Positions 39,210 through 47,209 of a stretch of 64,000 bases of DNA are shown here, piece by piece; position 1 is the first letter of the stretch; the number at the start of each line of letters is the position of its first letter. The notes beneath the pieces were generated by a model. It ran no database searches. It saw nothing but the letters and a program-made list of their open reading frames with translations, and was not told the origin of the DNA. This stretch comes from Patescibacteria group bacterium (lineage in GTDB: Bacteria; Patescibacteriota; Minisyncoccia; Phycocordibacterales; PALSA-1337): assembly GCA_018971685.1 (NCBI GenBank), contig JAGXAG010000001.1:90396-154395 (forward strand), written 5' to 3'. Both the position numbers and the translations under genes were made by a program.

Positions 39210-40377
39210 CGACAACCCGCAACTACTTTTGAACTTGTTCAAGGCATATTATGATGCCCGTAGGCACAAGGGTTTGTCTGCCAATGTTCTGGCTTTTTCG
39301 GCTGATTATGAGAGCAAATTATTCAAACTCTATGAAGATATTCTAGATCGAAGATATGTCATAGGGCCAAGCGTATGCTTCATCGTCAATCGGCCGGTAA
39401 AGCGAGAAATATTCGCCGCCGACTTTCGCGACAGGGTTGTTCATCATCTAATATTCAATTATCTCAATCCTATAGTTGAGAGAGATTTTATAAAGGATAG
39501 TTATAGTTGCAGATTGGGGAAAGGCACTTCTTATGGCGTGCGCAGAGTTAATCATTTTCTGCATTCTTGCTCAGAGAACTATACTCACGAGTGTTGGATC
39601 ATGAAACTGGATATACGAGGTTACTTTATGTCTATGAATAAAGATATTCTATACGGCAAGGTAAAAGAAGTCGTCGATAAGGCGAGAAATATATCTTTTG
39701 ACAAGGAACTCCTCATGTATCTGGTGAATAAAGTTGTATACCACGATCCTGTCACTAATTGTCGTATAAAAGGCGACAGATCAGACTGGGTGGGATTGCC
39801 AAAATCAAAAAGTTTGTTTTTCGCCGAAAAGAACCGAGGATTTCCTATAGGGAATCTCACTAGTCAACTATTCGGGAATATATACATGAATAGGTTCGAC
39901 CATATAATAAAGGAAGATCACAATTTTAAGCATTATGGCCGATATGTTGATGATATGATCTTCGTGCATAAAGACAAGGGGACATTGGCGTCCACGATCC
40001 CGATCGTAAAAAAGTATCTTTTTGAAGAACTTGGGTTGGAATTACATACCAAAAAGATATATTTACAGCCGTCTGCTGTCGGTGTTAGCTTTTTGGGGGC
40101 TTACATAAAGCGATGGTGCCAATATGTCGGAAAAAAGACCAAGACTAATTGTTATACTAGAATCAGTAGGTGGAATTCAGAAGTTAATAAAAACAGCTAC
40201 GACAAGTTTTTATCTTCGATGAATTCATATCTTGGATTTATGAGCCAATACGATACTTATAGGCTTCGCCAGAAAGTCATGTCAAAATTAAGCCGCCAGA
40301 TTGTATCGAAACTGATCATTTCCAAAGATTTTTCTTCGATAAAAATAAATTCTGCAGCGAATACATTACGAACATGA
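39193..40377 (+). CDS. DGR reverse transcriptase
   Basis: FRDRVVHH, KLDIRGYF, GFPIGNLTSQ, RYVDD, SFLG; 394 aa, no endonuclease domain. Confidence 0.96.
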   Translation: MKKSINDNPQLLLNLFKAYYDARRHKGLSANVLAFSADYESKLFKLYEDILDRRYVIGPSVCFIVNRPVKREIFAADFRDRVVHHLIFNYLNPIVERDFIKDSYSCRLGKGTSYGVRRVNHFLHSCSENYTHECWIMKLDIRGYFMSMNKDILYGKVKEVVDKARNISFDKELLMYLVNKVVYHDPVTNCRIKGDRSDWVGLPKSKSLFFAEKNRGFPIGNLTSQLFGNIYMNRFDHIIKEDHNFKHYGRYVDDMIFVHKDKGTLASTIPIVKKYLFEELGLELHTKKIYLQPSAVGVSFLGAYIKRWCQYVGKKTKTNCYTRISRWNSEVNKNSYDKFLSSMNSYLGFMSQYDTYRLRQKVMSKLSRQIVSKLIISKDFSSIKINSAANTLRT

Positions 40378-42326
40378 GAAACAAGCCATCAACAATTCGA
40401 GCGATTGTCACGACGGTTATTATACCAGCAATAGGATTTGCAATACTTTTAGGTATGACGCCAGCCATGGTTATGGCTTCCGCGACCTACTTTTCTTCCG
40501 GTACTGTCAGCTCGACTAACTTACTATCAGGCAGCACAGCATCGTCCATAAACGACTTCTATTACAACTTGTCATCTCTTCCGGGCAACTCAAGTGTTAC
40601 GGTCCAATTCAGCCAAGACGGAACAAATTGGTATTCGGCCGCCGGTACGCTCAACGCTTCCACGAGTATTTCTACCATCGGCGGGGCTACGATCGATCTG
40701 TCAGCTTTGCACTGGTCCGGTTCGTCTTTCTACTATAAGTTTACTTTCTATGCCACTACCGATCAAACCGGCACGCCGGTCATAAACGGAGTCAGAGTCG
40801 ATTATTCGACATCCGGTTCGAATGGCGGCATATTCGCCATAAATAACGGCGGCCACATAGCGGTGGGTACGACTTCTGCCCTGTCGACTCTCGACATAGC
40901 GGGCGGTACAGCCATAGGGACTTATGCCGGCACCGCCGCCGCTCCCAATAACAGTTTGATATTGAGCGGTTTTTTGGGCGTGGGTACTTCTACTCCATCC
41001 AGCAAACTTACCGTGGCGGGAGACGGTTATCTATCCGGCAATCTGACGGTCAACGGCTCGCTCAGCGTGGCTGGTTCTCTATTCCAGATCAACTCTAACG
41101 GAACTTTTACGGCGTCGAGCACGCAAGCTTCGGCGGCTACATCCACCGTATACGGCAATCTCAATGTTACCGGCAACCTGCACGGCCAGACTATTACTTC
41201 GGGCGATCTTGTATTCGCGAACGCTTTCCGGTTCACTGAAGCGCGGCTCGACGGTTCACCACAAGGTATTTTGCTCAAGAATCAGTATGGTTCGACAACT
41301 TTGTCTGTAGATGAGAACGGCAATCTAACCGTTTTGGGCGACATATGTTCCAATGGGAATGTTTCATGTTGGGGCAGATCCATAGTCGATCTGAACAGCG
41401 GCCTAGCTTCTCTGGCTTCATCTACCATGCTTGATATATCCGCCAATGCCGCTTCTACTACGAGGTCGATGTCCGAACTATCTTCAGATATCGACAAGAT
41501 CGACTGGTCTTTGAATCGTGTGTCTTCGAGGTTAGATGCACTGGCTTCATCCAGTCTGACTATGTCCGCTCTGGCCTCGGCCACCGATGCCATGGCCTCT
41601 TCGGCCGGATCGATCTTGGCTTCTTCGACATCGTTCATCCAGAGCGTATCCCAAGCCGTTAACAGCGCCATCCAGTCCACAGGTCAATGGCTTGCGAACC
41701 AAATAACGGTTGCCAAGGGTATCTTTACCGAGCTTACAGCCGGCAAGGCTGACATTCAGACGGCCAATATTCAAACGCTCTGTATCGGCCAGACTTGCGT
41801 GTCAGAGAGCCAATTCAAGGCGATGTTGGCGCACGAGAATGTGACGCCGGTCCAACCATCCCCGATGTCGGCGCAGAGCAGTTCGACGAACATTACGACT
41901 GATACTGCGACAGCTCCCGCTGCCACGACCGCTTCTACGACAATGCCTGCGGCTGTGTCGGCAGGTACCTCTATAATTGCAACTTCATCCACTGACCGGG
42001 CAGATCAGACAGCGACCACTTCTGTAGGCGTTGTTCCCGCGGCTTCTACGACATCAGCCACGATCATGGTTTCGGAAGCTTCCGGAACATCGACTGCCGC
42101 CGCGGTATCAGAGACTTCAACCACTTCAACGGCAACGGTTTATACAACTCTGCCGATCATGAGTTCGACCACTACGGTATCTGCCCCGGTTGAACCGGCG
42201 GCATCGTCCGTTTCCGAATCGTCGACCACGGCGGTCGACCGTGTTTCCGCGGCTCCCACACCAATCACAGATATGACTACCACCGGCACCGCTCCTGCGC
42301 AGGCGTCAACTTCAGCGGCCCACTAA
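40374..42326 (+). CDS. Secreted fibre-like Ser/Thr-rich protein, translationally coupled to RT
   Basis: ATGA overlap with the RT stop; signal-like N-terminus; GVGTSTP..KL.V.G repeats; LCIGQTCV; S/T/A-rich tail. Confidence 0.8.
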   Translation: MRNKPSTIRAIVTTVIIPAIGFAILLGMTPAMVMASATYFSSGTVSSTNLLSGSTASSINDFYYNLSSLPGNSSVTVQFSQDGTNWYSAAGTLNASTSISTIGGATIDLSALHWSGSSFYYKFTFYATTDQTGTPVINGVRVDYSTSGSNGGIFAINNGGHIAVGTTSALSTLDIAGGTAIGTYAGTAAAPNNSLILSGFLGVGTSTPSSKLTVAGDGYLSGNLTVNGSLSVAGSLFQINSNGTFTASSTQASAATSTVYGNLNVTGNLHGQTITSGDLVFANAFRFTEARLDGSPQGILLKNQYGSTTLSVDENGNLTVLGDICSNGNVSCWGRSIVDLNSGLASLASSTMLDISANAASTTRSMSELSSDIDKIDWSLNRVSSRLDALASSSLTMSALASATDAMASSAGSILASSTSFIQSVSQAVNSAIQSTGQWLANQITVAKGIFTELTAGKADIQTANIQTLCIGQTCVSESQFKAMLAHENVTPVQPSPMSAQSSSTNITTDTATAPAATTASTTMPAAVSAGTSIIATSSTDRADQTATTSVGVVPAASTTSATIMVSEASGTSTAAAVSETSTTSTATVYTTLPIMSSTTTVSAPVEPAASSVSESSTTAVDRVSAAPTPITDMTTTGTAPAQASTSAAH

Positions 42327-42332
42327 GAGTGG

Positions 42333-42396
42333 CGGCGGCTATCCGGCCAGCCAAGCGAGCAAAAAGAGTCCGATCGAAGCCCTCCGGTATGAGTGA
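42333..42396 (+). repeat. Direct repeat, right copy (attR-like): orphan permease 3' end
   Basis: Encodes GGYPASQASKKSPIEALRYE-stop, identical to the permease C-terminus. Confidence 0.95.
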
Positions 42397-42682
42397 TTGA
42401 AATTTCGCGCGATGTCAGCCGATAAACCATTCGTGGGCCGGCACGATCTCTATTTTTGCGCCATCGAGTTCAATAACCTCTTTCCAGAAATTTATTATGT
42501 CTCTTATTTTTTCGTCGTTTTTTGTGGTCATGTTTAAGTCAAGTATATGTTACTAAATACTATAAAATAAGTCAAGTATACATGACTTATTTGTAAATCT
42601 CTCAAGAAATCCAAGTATTAAGCCATTTTTTGTCATTTTTTTATCGCAATTAATTAACAGTGACTATTATTGTGCGCATCAA

Positions 42683-43504
42683 TCAGTTCACCGAAGGCAA
42701 TACGATCTTGAAAGTCGACCCTTTGCCGGCGCCGGGAGAAGAGACCTCGATCCGGCCGCGGTGGCGGCGGACGATGGAATCGGCCAAATAGAGGCCGACG
42801 CCGAAACCTTCGGTATCAGCCGATACGGCGTTTTTGCCGCGGAAGAATTTCGAAAACAGGCGGGGGAATTCTTCCGGAGAAATGCCGATGCCTTGGTCCG
42901 AGACAGTGATGGCCGCTTTTGCGCCAATTTTGGAAACATCGACGCGCACACTTTTGCCGGGCGGAGAGTAAAGGCGGGCATTGTCAAAAAGGACCTGCAG
43001 GGCGAATTCCACGCGCGCCTTATCGACTTTGACATAAATCGGTTCGCGGTCGCATTCGACGGAAAAGAAAATATTTTTTTCATGAAAAGAATCTTTCGCC
43101 AAACCGGCGACGCGGCGCGTGAGTTCGCAGAGGTCGGTCTTTTCGAACAAATAAGCCGCCCGGGCCAGGCCGTCTGAGTCGGCCAGTTCGACAAGCGTAC
43201 CGGTCAGATCTATCAATTGGCGATTTGCTTTCGCGATCTGGCCCAAGCTCTCCAGTTTGTACGGATCCTGTTCCGCGGAGGCCATGCTCTCGATGAGCCA
43301 TTTGACCTGCGAAAGCGGTGTCTGGAATTTGTGGGCGATGATGGTGATAAACTCCTCTTTTAAGTCCTCATTTTTCCTCGAGGAGAGATTTAGCATGTAA
43401 ACAAGAAGAAAAATGAGCGCAATCGCCGCGACGAATAACACCATGACCAATGTCGAATGGTCGGCTATATAGCTTTCGATGGACAAGACCGCTTCGGCGC
43501 TCAT
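42683..43504 (-). CDS. Orphan membrane-anchored histidine kinase
   Basis: AHKFQTPL H-box, DNA..Y, DQGIGI, G.GVGL; start MSAEAV 6 nt after TATAAT. Confidence 0.88.
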   Translation of the reverse strand: MSAEAVLSIESYIADHSTLVMVLFVAAIALIFLLVYMLNLSSRKNEDLKEEFITIIAHKFQTPLSQVKWLIESMASAEQDPYKLESLGQIAKANRQLIDLTGTLVELADSDGLARAAYLFEKTDLCELTRRVAGLAKDSFHEKNIFFSVECDREPIYVKVDKARVEFALQVLFDNARLYSPPGKSVRVDVSKIGAKAAITVSDQGIGISPEEFPRLFSKFFRGKNAVSADTEGFGVGLYLADSIVRRHRGRIEVSSPGAGKGSTFKIVLPSVN

Positions 43505-43527
43505 ATTTTCATTATACAGCAATGTCC

Positions 43528-43556
43528 TTGACCGGAAAACGGCGCTCTGTTAATAT
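43528..43556 (+). promoter_or_regulatory. Putative sigma70 promoter for the rpsS segment
   Basis: TTGACC-17-TAATAT with extended TG. Confidence 0.6.
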
Positions 43557-43595
43557 GTTTTCAAGCTCCGCAACGGGCTTATTTATTTCAAAAGG

Positions 43596-43940
43596 ATGTC
43601 GCGATCACTCAAAAAAGGTCCATTCGTGGACGAAAATCTCCTAAAGAAAATCGCCGGCAAGAAACCGGGCTCTTTGGGCGTGATCAAGACTTGGGCGCGC
43701 CGCTCGCAGATATCGCCGGAAATGGTCGGTTTTACCTTCGGCGTGCATAATGGCAAAAATCACATAGATGTGTTCGTCACCGAGGATATGGTAGGACACC
43801 GCCTCGGTGAATTCGCTCTTACCAGAAAATTCACGCGCCACGGCGGCAAAATGCAAAAGGAGATCGAAGCCAAGGCCAAAGAAGCCGAAGTGGCGGCAGC
43901 CAAGTCGGCGAAAGAAGCGGCAACGGCGGCGGCCAAATAA
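43596..43940 (+). CDS. rpsS: 30S ribosomal protein S19
   Basis: [18 protein letters not shown]. Confidence 0.98.
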   Translation: MSRSLKKGPFVDENLLKKIAGKKPGSLGVIKTWARRSQISPEMVGFTFGVHNGKNHIDVFVTEDMVGHRLGEFALTRKFTRHGGKMQKEIEAKAKEAEVAAAKSAKEAATAAAK

Positions 43941-43961
43941 ATCCGGCGTTATCGTATCACC

Positions 43962-44339
43962 ATGATCACCGCATCCCTCAAAAACTACCGAATATCGCCG
44001 CGAAAGATGCGCATTGTCGCAGATATGATCCGTGGCAAGAATGTGAGCCAGGCCAAGCTCATTTTGCAGAATGCGGCCAAAAAAGCCAAGCATCCTCTGA
44101 GCGACTTGGTCGACTCGGCGATGGCGAATGCCAAGCATAATTTCAAGGTTGACGCCGACCTGCTCATAGTCAAGGAAATCCGCGTCGACCGGGGCATTGT
44201 CATGAAGAGATTCCGGCCGGTATCGAGAGGTTCGGCGCACCCGATAAAAAAGAAAACCAGCCATGTCAGTATCACGCTGGCGCCGATGGCACCGTCGAAA
44301 AGCCAAAAAATCGAAAAGCCGAAAAGCAAACACCCTTAA
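43962..44339 (+). CDS. rplV: 50S ribosomal protein L22
   Basis: RISPRKMR.VAD.IRG, KKTSH. Confidence 0.97.
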   Translation: MITASLKNYRISPRKMRIVADMIRGKNVSQAKLILQNAAKKAKHPLSDLVDSAMANAKHNFKVDADLLIVKEIRVDRGIVMKRFRPVSRGSAHPIKKKTSHVSITLAPMAPSKSQKIEKPKSKHP

Positions 44340-44345
44340 ACTCCC

Positions 44346-45017
44346 ATGTCACACACCGTACATCCATATTCGCACAGGCTAGGGATCATCCGCGACTGGA
44401 AGAGCCGCTGGTTTTCGATGCACAAAAATTACCGCACGGCGCTCAAAACCGACATCATCATCCGTGAATTCTTGCAGGAAGAATTGCGGCCGTATTTCTT
44501 GGGCGGAGTTGAAATAGAAAGAACCAGAAAAGCGCTGCGCGTGCTGGTCAAAACTTCAAGGCCCGGCATGATCATCGGCAAATCGGGCGACGGAGCCGCC
44601 AAATTGCGCGCCAAGGTTTTGTCGCTTTTGCGCAAAAACAAGATCGATTTGGGGACGCAAGAATTCAAGCTCGACATAGAAGAAATACGAAATCCGGAAT
44701 CAAATGCGGCGATAGCGGCCATGATGATAGCCGAATCGCTGGAAAAACGCTTGCCGTTCCGGCGCGTAATGAAGCAATCGCTGGAAAAAATCATAGCGAA
44801 CAAAGATGTAAAAGGCGTGCGCATATACCTGGGCGGCCGCTTGGGCGGCGCGGAAATCGCGCGTTCTGAAGATATGAAGAAGGGTCGCGTGCCGTTGCAA
44901 ACCTTGCGCGCGGACATCGACTTTGCCCGCGAGAAAGCGCACATGGCATACGGGGACATCGGCATAAAAGTGTGGATTTACAAGGGAGAAGTGTTTAAAA
45001 AAGACCAAAATAAATAG
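44346..45017 (+). CDS. rpsC: 30S ribosomal protein S3
   Basis: RPGMIIG, GRLGGAEIAR, VPLQTLRADID. Confidence 0.98.
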   Translation: MSHTVHPYSHRLGIIRDWKSRWFSMHKNYRTALKTDIIIREFLQEELRPYFLGGVEIERTRKALRVLVKTSRPGMIIGKSGDGAAKLRAKVLSLLRKNKIDLGTQEFKLDIEEIRNPESNAAIAAMMIAESLEKRLPFRRVMKQSLEKIIANKDVKGVRIYLGGRLGGAEIARSEDMKKGRVPLQTLRADIDFAREKAHMAYGDIGIKVWIYKGEVFKKDQNK

Positions 45018-45019
45018 CC

Positions 45020-45445
45020 ATGTTATTCCCCAAGAAAGTCAAACACCGCAAGTGGTTCACGAAGCGCAAGCATCCGCTGAAAGAGGCGGCGCATCCGGAG
45101 ACGCGCGGCATCAAACTGTCGTTCGGGTCTTTCGGCTTGAAAGCGTCGGAATACGGCCGGGTCACTTCTAATCAGATCGAAGCGGCCAGAAAGGCGGCGA
45201 TGCATAGAGCGGGCAAGACCGGCAAAGTCTGGATCCGCGTCTTTCCGGACCATCCTTTTACTCAGAAGCCGGCCGAGGTCAAAATGGGCAAAGGCAAGGG
45301 CGATCCGGTCGGATTTATCGCGGAAGTCAAGCCGGGACGGATCATTTTCGAAATTGACGGCGTGGAATCGGCCGATGCGACCGAAGCGATGAGAAAAGCG
45401 GGCACGAAACTGCCGATCAAGACCAGGTTCGTGAGCCGAGCGTGA
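45020..45445 (+). CDS. rplP: 50S ribosomal protein L16
   Basis: QIEAAR, WIRVFPD, MGKGKG. Confidence 0.98.
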   Translation: MLFPKKVKHRKWFTKRKHPLKEAAHPETRGIKLSFGSFGLKASEYGRVTSNQIEAARKAAMHRAGKTGKVWIRVFPDHPFTQKPAEVKMGKGKGDPVGFIAEVKPGRIIFEIDGVESADATEAMRKAGTKLPIKTRFVSRA

Positions 45446-45466
45446 TTTTTTGCCACAATTAACATC

Positions 45467-45658
45467 ATGAAGACCAAAGAAATAACAAACAGGACGGCTG
45501 CCGATCTGGCGAAAATGCTCGCGGAGAAGCGGGAAGCTTTGCGCGTATTCCGGTTCGGCGGAGCGGGAGCGAAAACAAAAAATGTCAAGGAGGGTGCGGC
45601 GATCAGAAAGGATATCGCCAGGATTTTGACGGTTATTAACGGGAAAAACACAGGTTAA
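45467..45658 (+). CDS. rpmC: 50S ribosomal protein L29
   Basis: RKDIARILT; operon position. Confidence 0.93.
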   Translation: MKTKEITNRTAADLAKMLAEKREALRVFRFGGAGAKTKNVKEGAAIRKDIARILTVINGKNTG

Positions 45659-45735
45659 CTTTATTTTTAAGCAATACCGGCAACACAACGCCGGATTTGT
45701 AAAAATGTCTGAATTAATGTAATATCGAGAATCAC

Positions 45736-45990
45736 ATGCCAACCGCAGAAACAACCGAAAATGAGATCAGGCGCCAAACATTCACCGGCGTCGTAACTTC
45801 CGACAAGATGAAAGATACGGCGGTTGTGACGATATCCAGATATGTGAAGCATCCGAAATACCATAAGTACCAAATGAAGAAGACCAAATTGCTGGCGCAC
45901 GATCCGGGCAACACCAAGAAAATCGGAGACAAGGCGACGGTGGAGGCGTGCCGGCCGATGTCTAAGAGAAAAGCCTTCAAGATAATATGA
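45736..45990 (+). CDS. rpsQ: 30S ribosomal protein S17
   Basis: GVVTSDKMKDT, HPKY, RPMSK.K. Confidence 0.97.
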   Translation: MPTAETTENEIRRQTFTGVVTSDKMKDTAVVTISRYVKHPKYHKYQMKKTKLLAHDPGNTKKIGDKATVEACRPMSKRKAFKII

Positions 45991-46358
45991 TACAACCGCG
46001 CACAATCGTAAATATCGCTGACAATTCCGGCGCCAAGATCGGACGCATATTCAAGGTGCTGGGTGCGACGAGGAAGAGATATGCCGAAATCGGCGACATC
46101 GTTGTTTTGTCGGTACAAAAGGCCGAGCCGCGCAAGACGGTCAAAAAGAAAGATGTTTTGCAAGCAGTCGTGGTCAGGCAATCTAAGCCGACGAGGAGAA
46201 AGGACGGTTCGTATGTCCGCTTTGACGAGAATGCGGTCGTGGTGCTGGAGAAGGGCAAGAAGGAGCCCTTGGCGGGACGCATTTTCGGGCCGATACCCAG
46301 AGAAATCGCGGATAAAGGATTCAAAACGATCGCGTCGAAAGCGGCGGAAATAGTTTAA
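45987..46358 (+). CDS. rplN: 50S ribosomal protein L14
   Basis: ADNSGAK, RFDENA, RIFGP. Confidence 0.98.
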   Translation: MIQPRTIVNIADNSGAKIGRIFKVLGATRKRYAEIGDIVVLSVQKAEPRKTVKKKDVLQAVVVRQSKPTRRKDGSYVRFDENAVVVLEKGKKEPLAGRIFGPIPREIADKGFKTIASKAAEIV

Positions 46359-46362
46359 TACC

Positions 46363-46581
46363 ATGCATATCAAAAAAGGCGACACAGTCAAAATACTTTC
46401 CGGCGATGACAAAGGCAAAACCGCCAAGGTCGCCAAGGCCTTTCCAAAAGAAGGAAGGATTTTGATCGAAGGCGTGAATACGGTGAAGAAGCACGAGAGA
46501 TCGAGACAGCAAGACGGCAAAGGACAAGTGGTGGAGAAAGCAATGCCGATACGGGCTTCAAAGGTTTCAAAGGTTGGTTAA
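46363..46581 (+). CDS. rplX: 50S ribosomal protein L24 (short form)
   Basis: KKGDTV.I.SG.DKGK, EGVN..KKH. Confidence 0.95.
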   Translation: MHIKKGDTVKILSGDDKGKTAKVAKAFPKEGRILIEGVNTVKKHERSRQQDGKGQVVEKAMPIRASKVSKVG

Positions 46582-46587
46582 AATCAA

Positions 46588-47130
46588 ATGGCATACAAAA
46601 CCACGCAAGAATTGAATAAGGATTCATTCAAGGCTTTGAAGGAAAAGCTTGCTTTGAAAAATCCGATGCAGGCGCCGAAGCTGGTGAAGGTGGCGGTTTC
46701 GAGCGGCTTCGGTTCCACCAAGGATCAGAAAAAAATCGGACTTATCGCGGACAGGCTGGCGAAGATCACGGGCCAAAAGCCGGCGACGCGCGCGGCGAAA
46801 AAGGCGATCGCGACCTTCAAGACCAGGACCGGCGATCCGTTGGCGTATCAAGTCACTTTGCGAGGCAAACAGATGCATGAATTCTTGGACCGGCTGATCC
46901 ACATCGCTCTGCCGCGCACCAAAGATTTCCGCGGCCTGCCGAGGACGGCGATCGACGCGATGGGCAATTATACTATCGGCGTGAAAGAGCACACTATTTT
47001 CCCGGAGACGGCGGATGAAGATCTGAAAGATGTCTTCGGCCTGGGGATCACGATCGTCACGACTTCGCGCGACAAAAAGGCGACTGAGGCGTTCCTGGAG
47101 CATTTGGGATTGCCGCTGAAAAGGGAGTAA
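46588..47130 (+). CDS. rplE: 50S ribosomal protein L5
   Basis: ITGQKP, VTLRG, LPRTKDFRG, GNYTIG. Confidence 0.98.
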   Translation: MAYKTTQELNKDSFKALKEKLALKNPMQAPKLVKVAVSSGFGSTKDQKKIGLIADRLAKITGQKPATRAAKKAIATFKTRTGDPLAYQVTLRGKQMHEFLDRLIHIALPRTKDFRGLPRTAIDAMGNYTIGVKEHTIFPETADEDLKDVFGLGITIVTTSRDKKATEAFLEHLGLPLKRE

Positions 47131-47209
47131 AATCGCGCTTCGTTGCCGACTTTTATGGTGTAAGAAATGTCTTTGCGGAATTTGCGCCTGACACTATAAT
47201 AGAGGAACG

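Larger units (their letters stand above)
36373..42396. mobile_element. Integrase-free island carrying a diversity-generating retroelement
   Basis: Bounded by direct repeats 5960 bp apart; contains target, Avd, TR, RT and a partner gene. Confidence 0.85.

Noticed and set aside
39193-40377. RT as a group II intron or retron
   Set aside because: TR/VR pair, Avd and the LTSQ motif indicate a DGR; no intron domain V or retron VTG motif was seen.
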